IMG/VR virus record: IMGVR_UViG_3300043823_000198
Span: 101,634-165,633 of that record
DNA length: 64,000 nucleotides
From: a virus
Direction: 5' to 3' (one strand)
Made by a program: the position numbers and the translations under genes. This document shows positions 1-9,519 of this stretch, piece by piece. Position 1 is the stretch's first letter. Each line of letters starts with the position of its first letter. The notes under the pieces are model-generated. The model had not been told where the DNA came from and did not search any database. It saw nothing but the letters and a program-made list of their open reading frames with translations.

Positions 1-1017
1 CGTGTTACTGTTCTTCCTGAAGGTAAAAACCATGGTATGATGTTTTTATTAGATTGGTCTGGTTCAATGGATAATGTTATACACGATACATTAAAACAGG
101 TTATTAATCTTGCAATGTTTTGTACAAGAATTAATATTCCATATCGTGTGTTTGCTTTTACTACACAGTATGACGGACATAATAGAAATTTTGATCCGCA
201 AAAATATGACAAATTCTTAAAAAGAAAAGAGGCTTTACAACAGGGTAAAAATATTTTAGGGAACGCCACTACATCATTTAATCTCTTAGAATTATTTTCC
301 AATAAAATGTCAACAAGTGAATTTCACTCAATGGCAAAACGTGTTATTCAAAGAGATTTTCAATGGAATCCTGGATATTCAATGGGAGGAACACCTTTAA
401 ATGAAGCGCTTGCATGGGTTTATTTGAACATTGGTGAGTATATTAAATCAAATTCCATTGAGAAAATGACTTTCATTACTCTTACTGATGGTGAAGGTAG
501 TTCTTTGTATTCTACTGGTAGTCTTGAAGAGCATTCTTATGCTTACGATGAATATCGCCGATACAAAACTGTAAAAAGAAAACATTTTATTCGTGATGCT
601 GTTACACAGAAAACTTATGGATTTTCTAGATATAATAGTGCTCAAACTGAAACACTGTTGCGCATGATCAAAGATCGTCATAATATTAATGTTCTTGGTT
701 TTTATATCTGCCGAAACACACGAAATGAATTGATTTCTGCAATCCGTTCAAATCTTGCTAATTTTTCTGGAAACGAAAATACTCAGGTAGATCTTTGGAG
801 GAAAGATTTTAAACAACAGGGGTTTGCTTCTATTAAAAATACTGGTCGCGATGAGTTGTTTTTGATACCAAAAGAATCAACTAAAATTGAAGAAGGCGAT
901 TTGAATGTATCATCAGATACCAGCGCAAAATCAATTGCATCAAAATTTGGTAAATTCCTCAATACAAAGAAGACTTCCCGAGTCCTCTTGAACCGATTTA
1001 TCGGTTATGTTGCGTAA
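1..1017 (+). CDS. vWA-domain (CobT-like) partner of MoxR AAA ATPase, 5'-truncated by window
   Basis: Frame open from base 1 (RVTVLPEGKNHGMM...); MIDAS motif LDWSGSM, GGTPL, LTDGEG; directly upstream of CobS-like ATPase. Confidence 0.75.
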   Translation, partial: RVTVLPEGKNHGMMFLLDWSGSMDNVIHDTLKQVINLAMFCTRINIPYRVFAFTTQYDGHNRNFDPQKYDKFLKRKEALQQGKNILGNATTSFNLLELFSNKMSTSEFHSMAKRVIQRDFQWNPGYSMGGTPLNEALAWVYLNIGEYIKSNSIEKMTFITLTDGEGSSLYSTGSLEEHSYAYDEYRRYKTVKRKHFIRDAVTQKTYGFSRYNSAQTETLLRMIKDRHNINVLGFYICRNTRNELISAIRSNLANFSGNENTQVDLWRKDFKQQGFASIKNTGRDELFLIPKESTKIEEGDLNVSSDTSAKSIASKFGKFLNTKKTSRVLLNRFIGYVA

Positions 1018-1040
1018 GTTATTGATTTTTAAGGGTAAAA

Positions 1041-1105
1041 ATAACCCTATTTCTTGTAGGGTTATTCTACAAAGTGCTTGACATTTACTCCAGTAGGAGT
1101 ATAAT
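1041..1105 (+). promoter_or_regulatory. sigma70-type promoter with upstream CCCTA-N7-TAGGG palindrome
   Basis: ATAACCCTA..TAGGGTTAT 1041-1065; TTGACA 1078-1083; TATAAT 1100-1105. Confidence 0.8.
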
Positions 1106-1151
1106 TATTGTATAAATTGATTGAAAGTTGTATTATATTATGGAGAATTCT

Positions 1152-2300
1152 ATGGCCAAATTTGATGTTGCGTTCCAGTCCCAGTTTGAAAATACTCTAA
1201 ATGAGATGTATCCTGATGTTCAAACAAAAGGTTCAGTTACACGTTCCCAACTGATTGAAGTGATGGAAAAGATCGGTACCAAAACTTATCCAACATGGTT
1301 GATGGAAAATAAAATCGGTCGTGGCTTATATGCGATTGGTGGTAAACCTGCTGTCGTTGGTAACACAGCTTTAAAAGAGAAAGAATCATTTGTTGTGGAC
1401 TATACAGATACAGAATCTTTGATCCCATCCAAGGATCCAAACTTTGTTCCTTTCGGTAACTATACTGACCTTGACTCAATCATCAAGGCAAAATTATTCT
1501 ACCCTGCATACATCAGTGGTCCAACTGGTAATGGTAAATCTACCATGATCGAGCAGATCTGCGCGAAACACAAGCGTCCTCTGATTCGTGTTAACTTAAA
1601 CATGATGACAGATGAAGAACAACTCATCGGTACCAAAACCCTTGAAGACGGTAACGTAAAAATTGTTGAAGGTCCAGTTCTTATCGCAATGCGTACTGGT
1701 TGTACCCTGTTGCTTGATGAAATTGACGCTGGTTCAGCAAACACTTTGCTTTGCTTACAACCTATTCTTGAGGGTAAACCTTATTACTTCAAACTTAAGA
1801 ACGAGATGATCGTTCCTGCTCCTGGTTTCAATGTGTTCGCAACTGCCAACACAAAGGGTAAAGGTTCAGACGATGGTCGTTACATCGGTACAAACGTATT
1901 GAACGAAGCATTCTTGGAACGTTTCGCAGTTACCTTTGAACAAGACTATCCAAACTCAAAGGTGGAATTGAAGATTATTGAGAATCTGATGATCTCTTTT
2001 GGTTGCGAAGATAAAGAGTTCGCAGAAACATTGGTAAAGTGGGCAGATGCAATTCGTCGCACTTTTGCCGATGGTGGTGTCGATGAGACAATTACAACTC
2101 GTCGTATGATTCACATTGTTCGTGCTTATGCAATCTTCAAGAAACGTGAGAAGGCTGTTGAGCTTTGCTGTAATCGTTTTGACTCTGCAACAAAAGCAGC
2201 GTTCATTGACCTTTACGATAAAGTTGCAACTCCTACTCCAGATCCTGTAGTTGTACCCGAACCCATTCCTGCAACACCTTCAGATGAAGTGCCATTTTAA
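1152..2300 (+). CDS. cobS: MoxR/CobS-like AAA+ ATPase
   Basis: Walker A GPTGNGKS, Walker B LLLDEID, ATANTKGKG, NEAFLERF; GGAG SD before ATG 1152. Confidence 0.85.
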   Translation: MAKFDVAFQSQFENTLNEMYPDVQTKGSVTRSQLIEVMEKIGTKTYPTWLMENKIGRGLYAIGGKPAVVGNTALKEKESFVVDYTDTESLIPSKDPNFVPFGNYTDLDSIIKAKLFYPAYISGPTGNGKSTMIEQICAKHKRPLIRVNLNMMTDEEQLIGTKTLEDGNVKIVEGPVLIAMRTGCTLLLDEIDAGSANTLLCLQPILEGKPYYFKLKNEMIVPAPGFNVFATANTKGKGSDDGRYIGTNVLNEAFLERFAVTFEQDYPNSKVELKIIENLMISFGCEDKEFAETLVKWADAIRRTFADGGVDETITTRRMIHIVRAYAIFKKREKAVELCCNRFDSATKAAFIDLYDKVATPTPDPVVVPEPIPATPSDEVPF

Positions 2301-2301
2301 T

Positions 2302-2330
2302 TTGACATTTACTATTTTTTGTAGTATAAT
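2302..2330 (+). promoter_or_regulatory. sigma70-type promoter
   Basis: TTGACA-17-TATAAT. Confidence 0.8.
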
Positions 2331-2361
2331 TGTGTTTGAAACTTGATAAAGGAAATTAATT

Positions 2362-2823
2362 ATGTTAAAATTCAAAGATCTTTCGAAGTCACAAAAAGAC
2401 TTCATCGTCCGTACTCTTGAGAAATTCCCTGAGTATCGCACTGAGAAAACCTTGGGAGCGAAGCAAATCCATGCTTCATATTATGCTCTGAAGGATGATC
2501 GAGGTTCAAGTGGTGAGAAGTTGGGTTATCCTAACTGGCTCCAGAAGGAGAACCGTGTAGGTCGTGGAACTTATGAGATGCCATGGCCAACTGAGTCAGA
2601 ACTTTCTGACTATGCGAAACCTGTTGTTGCAAAGGCAAAGGTTAAAGTAGCAACTGCAAAAGTTGTTAAGAATAAAACAGTAGCAAAGGTTACTAAAGCG
2701 AAACCTGCTGCTGATCTTTCCGAGACTACTCGTCTTGAGAAGATCATTGATGACTCTGTTGAAGTTGATGAAGATGTCGAAGACTTCAATCAGATTCTAC
2801 GCGAAAACGGCATCGAAGTCTAA
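2362..2823 (+). CDS. hypothetical protein, possible DNA-binding; Lys/Ala-rich linker and acidic C-terminus
   Basis: AAGGA SD; YPNWL..NRVGRGTY segment resembles the N-terminal domain of the upstream ATPase (YPTWLMENKIGRGLY). Confidence 0.6.
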   Translation: MLKFKDLSKSQKDFIVRTLEKFPEYRTEKTLGAKQIHASYYALKDDRGSSGEKLGYPNWLQKENRVGRGTYEMPWPTESELSDYAKPVVAKAKVKVATAKVVKNKTVAKVTKAKPAADLSETTRLEKIIDDSVEVDEDVEDFNQILRENGIEV

Positions 2824-2835
2824 TCGCGTTCTTAT

Positions 2836-2875
2836 ACCAGAGAGGTTACTGCCATCTCCTCTCTGGTTTTTTTTT
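2836..2875 (+). terminator. intrinsic terminator
   Basis: ACCAGAGAGG/CCTCTCTGGT stem followed by T-run. Confidence 0.8.
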
Positions 2876-2903
2876 CATATGATGGTTTATTATGGAGATA
2901 CTA

Positions 2904-3167
2904 ATGTCAAAGCAAGATACGTTGTTAAGTAATCTAAAAGCAGGTCGTGAATTTACTGCGAAACAAATTAAGGGTTCATTTGGTATTGCACATCCAGCTT
3001 CTGCGATTCGTAACTTACGTGAGAAGGGTTATTGTGTATATTCAAATACAGCTACATTGTCCGATGGAACAAAGACTACCAAATATCGTTTGGGTGCACC
3101 AAGCAAACGTATGGTTCGTCTAGCGAATTTCATCTTGGGCGCATCTGCATTTAGAGCACAGAAGTAA
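2904..3167 (+). CDS. small winged-helix/HTH-like protein
   Basis: FTAKQIKGSFGIAHPASAIRNLREKGY pattern; GGAGA SD. Confidence 0.6.
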   Translation: MSKQDTLLSNLKAGREFTAKQIKGSFGIAHPASAIRNLREKGYCVYSNTATLSDGTKTTKYRLGAPSKRMVRLANFILGASAFRAQK

Positions 3168-3203
3168 TTATGTGGGTCTGCGGTCCAGACCCTGGAGAAT
3201 TTA

Positions 3204-3308
3204 ATGGCTGATCTTTTACCCTTCGTTATTGTTATTGGTGTTGTTGCTTATCTGGTATACAAACTGATCAGCCATTGTAAAAATACAGATCTATCATCGG
3301 AGGATTAA
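3204..3308 (+). CDS. 34-aa membrane micro-protein (not in ORF track)
   Basis: GGAG SD; MADLLPFVIVIGVVAYLVYKLISH...; stop overlaps next ATG. Confidence 0.55.
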   Translation: MADLLPFVIVIGVVAYLVYKLISHCKNTDLSSED

Positions 3309-3661
3309 TGGCACGAGACACAATCGTTACTGTTAAAGATAAAGTAAAAGCAAGTCAGACTGCCACTACTGGGGGCAGAAAATTTGATGGAGGTAAACCA
3401 CAATATGGTTTACTTCCTCCCTTGGCGCTAGAAGAAACTGCGAAAGTGTTAACATTCGGAGCTCAGAAATATGAACCTGATAATTGGAAATATGTACCTG
3501 ATTCTAAACGTCGCTATTTTGATGCCTTACAACGCCACCTATGGCAGTGGAAGCAAGGAGAACAGAACGATGCAGAGACTGGATTGTCGCATTTGGGACA
3601 CGCGATGTGTTGCCTAATGTTTTTGTATGAGCATGATGTGAAGTATTCTTTGGAGAAATGA
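3308..3661 (+). CDS. DUF5664-like dATP/dGTP diphosphohydrolase-family protein
   Basis: GRKFDGGKP..LLP, FGAQKY..DNW, ALQRHL, ETGLSHLGHAMCCL. Confidence 0.75.
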   Translation: MARDTIVTVKDKVKASQTATTGGRKFDGGKPQYGLLPPLALEETAKVLTFGAQKYEPDNWKYVPDSKRRYFDALQRHLWQWKQGEQNDAETGLSHLGHAMCCLMFLYEHDVKYSLEK

Positions 3662-3686
3662 TTGTGAATATTTGGAATAAGAAATA

Positions 3687-4040
3687 ATGACAACTGAACA
3701 GATTGTTTACGGATCGCTGGTTTGGTTTATTGTAACGATTATTACCTATACACATTGTTCTTGGGAAAACATCAAGGAATGTTATGGGATGTTGCTGACC
3801 AAAGAGTATTGGACAAGTTATAATATTGTTGATGCTTCCGCATGGTTGGCAAAGGCAATGATTATTATTCCAGGACTTATCTGGGGTGTTCAGGTTTGGC
3901 AACTATACTGGATTGCATTGGGAACTTCCGTTGCTTTAATCTGGTCAAGTTATAAGAGAGCAAGCCCAAACGTATTGGCGTTCAATACAATTTGGTGTTG
4001 GATCAGTTGCATGGTTCTGGCGCAACATTTAGTAAAATAA
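3687..4040 (+). CDS. hypothetical membrane protein
   Basis: several hydrophobic Trp-rich segments. Confidence 0.6.
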   Translation: MTTEQIVYGSLVWFIVTIITYTHCSWENIKECYGMLLTKEYWTSYNIVDASAWLAKAMIIIPGLIWGVQVWQLYWIALGTSVALIWSSYKRASPNVLAFNTIWCWISCMVLAQHLVK

Positions 4041-4042
4041 AT

Positions 4043-4071
4043 TTGACAAACCGAGCGAAAATTAGTATAAT
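4043..4071 (+). promoter_or_regulatory. sigma70-type promoter for clamp operon
   Basis: TTGACA-17-TATAAT. Confidence 0.75.
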
Positions 4072-4110
4072 CTTTTATACATATTATATAATCAACAAGA
4101 AGGAAACATA

Positions 4111-4767
4111 ATGAAATTAAGTAAAGAAACCGTAGGATTGATCAAGAACTTTGCTGGTATTAACAGCAACCTGTTGTTGAAGTCTGGTAATAAACTTGCC
4201 ACAATCTCGGCTCAGAAAAATGTGATGGCTGACGCAACTGTCAAAGAAACATTCCCTGATTTTGGTATCTATGATCTCAATGAGTTCCTGGGTGCTATGT
4301 CTATCTTTGAAGATCCTGAGTTGGTTTTCAGTGAGAAATATGTTACTATTAAGCAAGGTAACATGAGCATTAAATATTTTGCTGCAGAAGCGAGTGTATT
4401 AACTGCACCTCAGAAATCAATTACCTTTCCACAAGCAGAAATTGAATTTAAACTTACTGCAGGTGTTTTAGATATGATTCGAAGAACTGCTGGTGTACTC
4501 CGAGCATCTGATTTAACTATTTCTGGTGACGGTAAAAACATTACTGCGATTGTTGGTGATAAAAAGAACGCAACAGGTAATACCTTTCAAGAACCAGTTG
4601 GAGAAACTGATAAGAAATTTACGGTTAATCTGAAAGTTGAAAATCTAAAAATGCTTCCAGGTGATTATAATGTAAGTGTATCTTCAAAGAAAATCTCTCG
4701 TTTTTCTGGCGCAGGCGATTTGGTATATTACGTTGCTGTTGAAGCTGACTCTTCTTTCGATTTCTAA
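4111..4767 (+). CDS. gp45: sliding clamp (T4 gp45)
   Basis: MKLSKETVGLIKNFAGINS, FGIYDLNEFL, YYVAVEADS. Confidence 0.92.
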   Translation: MKLSKETVGLIKNFAGINSNLLLKSGNKLATISAQKNVMADATVKETFPDFGIYDLNEFLGAMSIFEDPELVFSEKYVTIKQGNMSIKYFAAEASVLTAPQKSITFPQAEIEFKLTAGVLDMIRRTAGVLRASDLTISGDGKNITAIVGDKKNATGNTFQEPVGETDKKFTVNLKVENLKMLPGDYNVSVSSKKISRFSGAGDLVYYVAVEADSSFDF

Positions 4768-4768
4768 G

Positions 4769-6253
4769 ATGAAGAAAACAATTATTCTTGGTGGTGGAAC
4801 TGCTGGTCTTGTATCAGCACTTATCCTTAAGAAGGCATTCCCTCTCGACACAATCACAATCATCGAATCTGATGAGATTGGAATTGTTGGAGTGGGAGAA
4901 GGTTCAACAGAACACTGGAGAAACTTCCTAGAATTTTGTGAGATTGATACCGCAACACTTGTCAGAGATACAGATGCTACTCTGAAGAAGGGTATTAAAT
5001 TTGAAAACTGGAATGGTGATGGTAAGAGTTATTTTCATGCTCTTGCTGAACCATTCTATACCGAATATTCTAGGGCGTATCCTTCTGGTAATACGTTCAT
5101 TCGAACATTAATTGCTCATGATATAAAAACTCAAGAGTTGTTAACAGACACAAATTTAATTTACTACAATGGTGGTATTCGTTCAACGAACCAATATCAA
5201 TTTAACACATTCAAACTGAATGCATTCCTACATAAAGTTGCTGCTGAACGTGGTGTTGAAATTGTAAAAGACACTATCTCCGATGTTCAATTGAACTCAG
5301 TTGGGGATGTTGAATCTCTACTTGGTTCGGAAGGTGTTGTTTATCGTGCTGATCTTTTCATTGATAGTAGCGGATTCAAGCGTGTGATCTCTTCTAAACT
5401 TGGAGCCAAATGGGTTTCATATAAGAAGTATCTACCAATGAATCATGCGTTGGCATTCCCAACTGAAGATGTATCAGATCTAAAGGCATATACGTTGTCG
5501 AGAGCTCTGTCTTCTGGATGGAACTGGAGAATTCCAACTCAAAGTCGATACGGTAATGGGTATGTTTTCTGTGATGAGTTTCAAACATCAGAACAGGCAC
5601 TCGCAGAAGTCCAATCTTTTTACTCCGAAGAAGTAAAGGTTGTGAAAGATATTAAGTTTGAGGCAGGACGTGTTGATCAATTCTGGATCAACAATTGTGT
5701 TTCAGTAGGGTTATCTGCTTCATTCGTTGAGCCATTGGAAGCTACAAGTATTGGTAATTCTATTCTTCAGGCATTTGGTCTTGTTGAGATGTTACAGACA
5801 TGGTATTATGACAGAGGTGTCGCCAACATCTACAATAAAAAGTTCATCGGATGTTTCGATAACATTGTTGACTTTGTACAGTTACATTATGTTACTAAAC
5901 GAGAAGACACTGAGTTTTGGAGAACTATAAAGAACACGATGGTAATGACAGATTTTAATGCTGCGAACTTAGAAACATTTAAGAAAGCCATCCCTTGTCA
6001 GCAATACTTTGGTGGATATCATCAGTTTAACATGTTCAATGCTCCGAATTACATACAAGTAATGCATGGGCTAGAAATGTTTGACCTTGATGCTATTCGA
6101 GAGTATAATAAAACCTATATGTCTCAGGAAACTGTTAACAAAGAACTAGAAACATACAATAAACATCTGGAGAATCTTAAGAAAGAATCTTTGATTGAAC
6201 ATAAAGTTTTGCTTGAACAGAACAGATATGTTCTACAATTTGAACCACAATAA
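4769..6253 (+). CDS. tryptophan-halogenase-like flavin-dependent enzyme (copy 1)
   Basis: GGGTAG, IVGVGEGS, ATLKKGIKFENW (catalytic Lys region), GWNWRIP, FVEPLEATS. Confidence 0.88.
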   Translation: MKKTIILGGGTAGLVSALILKKAFPLDTITIIESDEIGIVGVGEGSTEHWRNFLEFCEIDTATLVRDTDATLKKGIKFENWNGDGKSYFHALAEPFYTEYSRAYPSGNTFIRTLIAHDIKTQELLTDTNLIYYNGGIRSTNQYQFNTFKLNAFLHKVAAERGVEIVKDTISDVQLNSVGDVESLLGSEGVVYRADLFIDSSGFKRVISSKLGAKWVSYKKYLPMNHALAFPTEDVSDLKAYTLSRALSSGWNWRIPTQSRYGNGYVFCDEFQTSEQALAEVQSFYSEEVKVVKDIKFEAGRVDQFWINNCVSVGLSASFVEPLEATSIGNSILQAFGLVEMLQTWYYDRGVANIYNKKFIGCFDNIVDFVQLHYVTKREDTEFWRTIKNTMVMTDFNAANLETFKKAIPCQQYFGGYHQFNMFNAPNYIQVMHGLEMFDLDAIREYNKTYMSQETVNKELETYNKHLENLKKESLIEHKVLLEQNRYVLQFEPQ

Positions 6254-6288
6254 TAGCTACACTTGCAAAATTTATTTGAGGATTTGTA

Positions 6289-7239
6289 ATGATTGAATTT
6301 CGTGATGACCAATTTCTTTGGGTTGAGAAGTATCGCCCACAGAAGATTGATGACTGTGTTCTCCCTGATAGTTTGAAAGAAACATTTAAGCAATACGTTG
6401 CTCAGGGCGAACTCCCGCACTTCCTGTTGTCTGGAACTGCTGGTATTGGAAAGACAACTATTGCCAAAGCTCTATGTAATGAGATTGGCGCTGAGTATAT
6501 TATGATCAACGGCTCAGAGGAATCTGGTATCGACACTCTTCGAATTAAGATTAAAGGGTTCGCCTCAACTGTATCTCTCACTGATTCGCCGAAGGTTATT
6601 ATTATCGATGAGGCAGATTATCTGCAAGCGAACTCTACTCAACCTGCTCTTCGTAGCTTCATTGAAGAGTTCTCTTCAAATTGTCGTTTCATCTTTACGT
6701 GTAACTTTAAGAACCGAATTCTTGAAGCGATTCATTCGCGTTGCGCCTGTATTGACTTTAAGATTGATCCAAAAGACAAACAGGTTCTACTTGGAACTTT
6801 CTTCAAGAGAGCATCTATCATCCTAAAGCAGGAAGGTGTTGAGTTTGATCCAAAGGTTGTGGCTGAATTGATCACCAAACACTTTCCTGATTATCGTCGT
6901 GTTTTAAATGAACTCCAACGATACAGCGTGTCTGGTAAAATTGATTCTGGTATCCTTGTTAACATGAGCGAAGAATCTTTCAAAGACCTTATTAAGTTGA
7001 TGAAAGAAAAAGACTTTACCAGTGTACGTAAGTGGGTCGGCAAACATTCTGATGCTGATACTGTTGCCTTGTTCCGAGAGTTCTATGATACGGCAGCAAA
7101 CTTTATGGTTGCTGGAAGTATCCCTCAGATGGTTCTTATTCTTGCAGACTATCAGTACAAGGCAGCTTTCGTTGCTGACCATGAGTTAAATATCATGGCT
7201 GCGATGACTGAGATAATGGCTGACTGTAAATTTAAGTGA
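6289..7239 (+). CDS. gp44: clamp loader large subunit (T4 gp44)
   Basis: LWVEKYRP, GTAGIGKT, IIDEAD, SRC. Confidence 0.95.
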   Translation: MIEFRDDQFLWVEKYRPQKIDDCVLPDSLKETFKQYVAQGELPHFLLSGTAGIGKTTIAKALCNEIGAEYIMINGSEESGIDTLRIKIKGFASTVSLTDSPKVIIIDEADYLQANSTQPALRSFIEEFSSNCRFIFTCNFKNRILEAIHSRCACIDFKIDPKDKQVLLGTFFKRASIILKQEGVEFDPKVVAELITKHFPDYRRVLNELQRYSVSGKIDSGILVNMSEESFKDLIKLMKEKDFTSVRKWVGKHSDADTVALFREFYDTAANFMVAGSIPQMVLILADYQYKAAFVADHELNIMAAMTEIMADCKFK

Positions 7240-7246
7240 GATTGCC

Positions 7247-7567
7247 ATGGATTATTTGTTATATATAGTGGTATGGACAATGGGTGCAGTTTTTGGTTGG
7301 TATGCTAGGGAACGTCATGCGAGAAGACTTATTGATCGCTTGATTATAAATCATCATCAAGAATTAAAATCAACCAAACCATTAGAAGATACTGTCATTC
7401 ATGTTGTAATTGAAAAGCATAATGGCTTTTTTTATGTTTGGGGTAAAAATAAGCATGATTTTATGGCTCAGGGTTCGACTAGAAAAGAACTCGAAGAAAA
7501 TCTTGCAAAGAGATACCCCGATAAATTATTCGCAGCAACTACAGAAAATCTAAAGGTGTTCGAATGA
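7247..7567 (+). CDS. hypothetical protein with N-terminal TM helix
   Basis: ORF track; hydrophobic N-terminus. Confidence 0.6.
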   Translation: MDYLLYIVVWTMGAVFGWYARERHARRLIDRLIINHHQELKSTKPLEDTVIHVVIEKHNGFFYVWGKNKHDFMAQGSTRKELEENLAKRYPDKLFAATTENLKVFE

Positions 7568-7947
7568 GCCCATTTGATTTTTTAAACGCAATAAATCTAA
7601 CTAAGGAGGACTTGTTTAAAGATAATCCACAAGCAAGGAAAGATTATAGCGCATTTCTTATAAATAGAGGGTTATCATATTTTCCTGATACTATCTTTTA
7701 TGCAAACGAGATGAATCAACGTCATAGTTTGGATGAAGATATGCAGTTTTCTTTTTGCCTAAATATTATTTCAAAGAAGAAGAGATTCAGTAAATGGTCT
7801 AAAAAAGATCCAGCTACCGAAAACCTTCAACTGGTTAAAGAGTATTATGGATATTCAAGTGAAAAAGCGACAGAAGCGTTAAAGATTTTGTCAGATGAAG
7901 ACTTGATTATGATAAAAGAAAAACTAAATAAAGGTGGAAAATCATGA
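7564..7947 (+). CDS. gp62: clamp loader small subunit (T4 gp62)
   Basis: MSPFDFLNAIN, INRGLSYFPDT, KKRFSKW, YYGYS. Confidence 0.9.
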   Translation: MSPFDFLNAINLTKEDLFKDNPQARKDYSAFLINRGLSYFPDTIFYANEMNQRHSLDEDMQFSFCLNIISKKKRFSKWSKKDPATENLQLVKEYYGYSSEKATEALKILSDEDLIMIKEKLNKGGKS

Positions 7948-8363
7948 CAGTTGAAATGATTTATTACGACTGGACGCCAGAGTCTATGCTTGAAGTGGTC
8001 TTGCCAGAACCAGATGCGTTTCTGAAGGTTCGCGAAACTCTTACTCGCATTGGAATCGCATCCAGAAAAGAAAACAAACTTTATCAATCTTGCCATATTT
8101 TACATAAGCAAGGTAGATATTTTATCGTTCACTTCAAAGAATTATTTGCTTTGGACGGTAAAGAATCAAATATCACTGCTGGTGATATTGAGCGTAGAAA
8201 TGCCATTGCCAGTCTGTTGGCTGATTGGGAACTTTTAAAGATACTAAATAGTTCGCAGGCTGAGCAAAAAGCATCTCTGTCGCAAATCAAGGTTGTCTCT
8301 TTTAAAGAGAAGGACCAATGGGAATTAGTACCGAAATACAACATAGGAAAGAAAACAAAATGA
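7944..8363 (+). CDS. regA: translational repressor RegA
   Basis: FLKVRETLTRIGIAS, LYQSCHILHKQGRYFIVHFKELF. Confidence 0.95.
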   Translation: MTVEMIYYDWTPESMLEVVLPEPDAFLKVRETLTRIGIASRKENKLYQSCHILHKQGRYFIVHFKELFALDGKESNITAGDIERRNAIASLLADWELLKILNSSQAEQKASLSQIKVVSFKEKDQWELVPKYNIGKKTK

Positions 8364-8575
8364 TCAAACTTGAACTTGAAATTAATGAAGTAAATATGAT
8401 TCTTGCAGTTTTGGGTAAACATCCATTCGAGGAAGTTGTTGCTCTAGTAAGCAAAATCAAAACTCAGGGCGACCCACAAGCGCAAGCCATCGCTGATGCT
8501 GCAGCTGCTGCTCAGGCACCACAAGCACCTGCTGATCAAGCTGCTCAGGCACCACAAGCACCTGCTGCTCAATAA
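8360..8575 (+). CDS. hypothetical protein with Ala/Gln/Pro tail
   Basis: ATGA overlap with regA; 28-bp direct repeat 8507-8534/8540-8567. Confidence 0.6.
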   Translation: MIKLELEINEVNMILAVLGKHPFEEVVALVSKIKTQGDPQAQAIADAAAAAQAPQAPADQAAQAPQAPAAQ

Positions 8576-8586
8576 AGGAAACTAGA

Positions 8587-8781
8587 ATGACAGATTCAGT
8601 AGTAATACTTCCAGTAACAGAACCTAAAACAGTAGAACAACCCGACGTTGATTCTATAAAAAAACAACTAGAAGCTAACGCTGCGACAGAACTCTCTACG
8701 CACCAAGCTAAAGTAGAAACTGATCGTATTGCTGCTCTTGCTGACTCTGCTACTAAGTTTCCTGAGTATCATAAACAGTAA
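8587..8781 (+). CDS. hypothetical protein
   Basis: AAGGA SD, ORF track. Confidence 0.55.
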   Translation: MTDSVVILPVTEPKTVEQPDVDSIKKQLEANAATELSTHQAKVETDRIAALADSATKFPEYHKQ

Positions 8782-8785
8782 AAAG

Positions 8786-8892
8786 AATTCATCTTAGGAC
8801 CGCTAAGTACGAATCGTTGGTAAAGCGGATGTGACGTACGACATCGCTGGAACTCGTAACCAGTATTAACTGTCTCGCCTTCGGGGAGATAA
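8786..8892 (+). ncRNA. candidate structured leader RNA upstream of hsp20
   Basis: four hairpins (CTTAG/CTAAG, GATGT/ACATC, CTGG/CCAG, TCTC-CC-TTCG-GG-GAGA) in a GC-richer intergenic region. Confidence 0.5.
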
Positions 8893-8926
8893 TTTATATT
8901 AAACTCGCTTAATAGGAGAAAACAAA

Positions 8927-9415
8927 ATGACAAAATCATTCATTCCAACATTTTTTAGTCAAGATTTATTCAAAGACTTCGATAAAGTATTCGTAGGATT
9001 TGATGACAATTTCAAACGCATGCAGCAATTGCATGATGATCTGACTAAAGACATCCCAAACTATCCACCATTTAATGTTCGTAAGAACGGAAACACATAC
9101 ACGATCGAGATCGCTGTAGCTGGTTTCGCTCAAAACGAAATTGATATTACAATTGATGGTGGTAAATTAATTGTTAAGGGTAACTCTTCTTCGACAGAAC
9201 CAGAAGACAACTTTTTATTCAAGGGTATTGCTAATCGTGCGTTTACTCGCGCATGGGCTATCGGTGATACTTATGAAGTTAAAGACGCAGAAATTTTCAA
9301 TGGTATTTTAAAAATTGCTCTTGATAAATTGGTTCCTGAAACACCAAAAGCAAAAAAAGTGCCAGTCAAAAATGGTAACGAAAAACAATATTTGACTGAG
9401 GAAAATTCTTTATGA
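8927..9415 (+). CDS. hsp20: small heat-shock protein Hsp20 (IbpA-like)
   Basis: NYPPFNV, IEIAVAGF, KGIANRAFTR, NGILKI. Confidence 0.92.
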   Translation: MTKSFIPTFFSQDLFKDFDKVFVGFDDNFKRMQQLHDDLTKDIPNYPPFNVRKNGNTYTIEIAVAGFAQNEIDITIDGGKLIVKGNSSSTEPEDNFLFKGIANRAFTRAWAIGDTYEVKDAEIFNGILKIALDKLVPETPKAKKVPVKNGNEKQYLTEENSL

Positions 9416-9519
9416 AAGCACTAAATGCATTAAAGAGATTTTTAATTACTATGGGCGAAGCTGTTATTGAAGCCAGAAAGGCTCGAGCATCAGCTATCGT
9501 TAAAGGTATCGGAAGATGA
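9412..9519 (+). CDS. 35-aa micro-protein (not in ORF track)
   Basis: ATGA overlap with hsp20 stop. Confidence 0.5.
   Translation: MKALNALKRFLITMGEAVIEARKARASAIVKGIGR

Noticed and set aside
1-2300. Cobalamin biosynthesis role for the cobS/cobT-like pair
   Set aside because: Only generic MoxR AAA and vWA motifs; no cobN or other cob genes, so a chaperone-type role is more plausible
8507-8567. 28-bp direct repeat as a regulatory or mobile element
   Set aside because: Simple in-frame duplication in a low-complexity Ala/Gln/Pro tail
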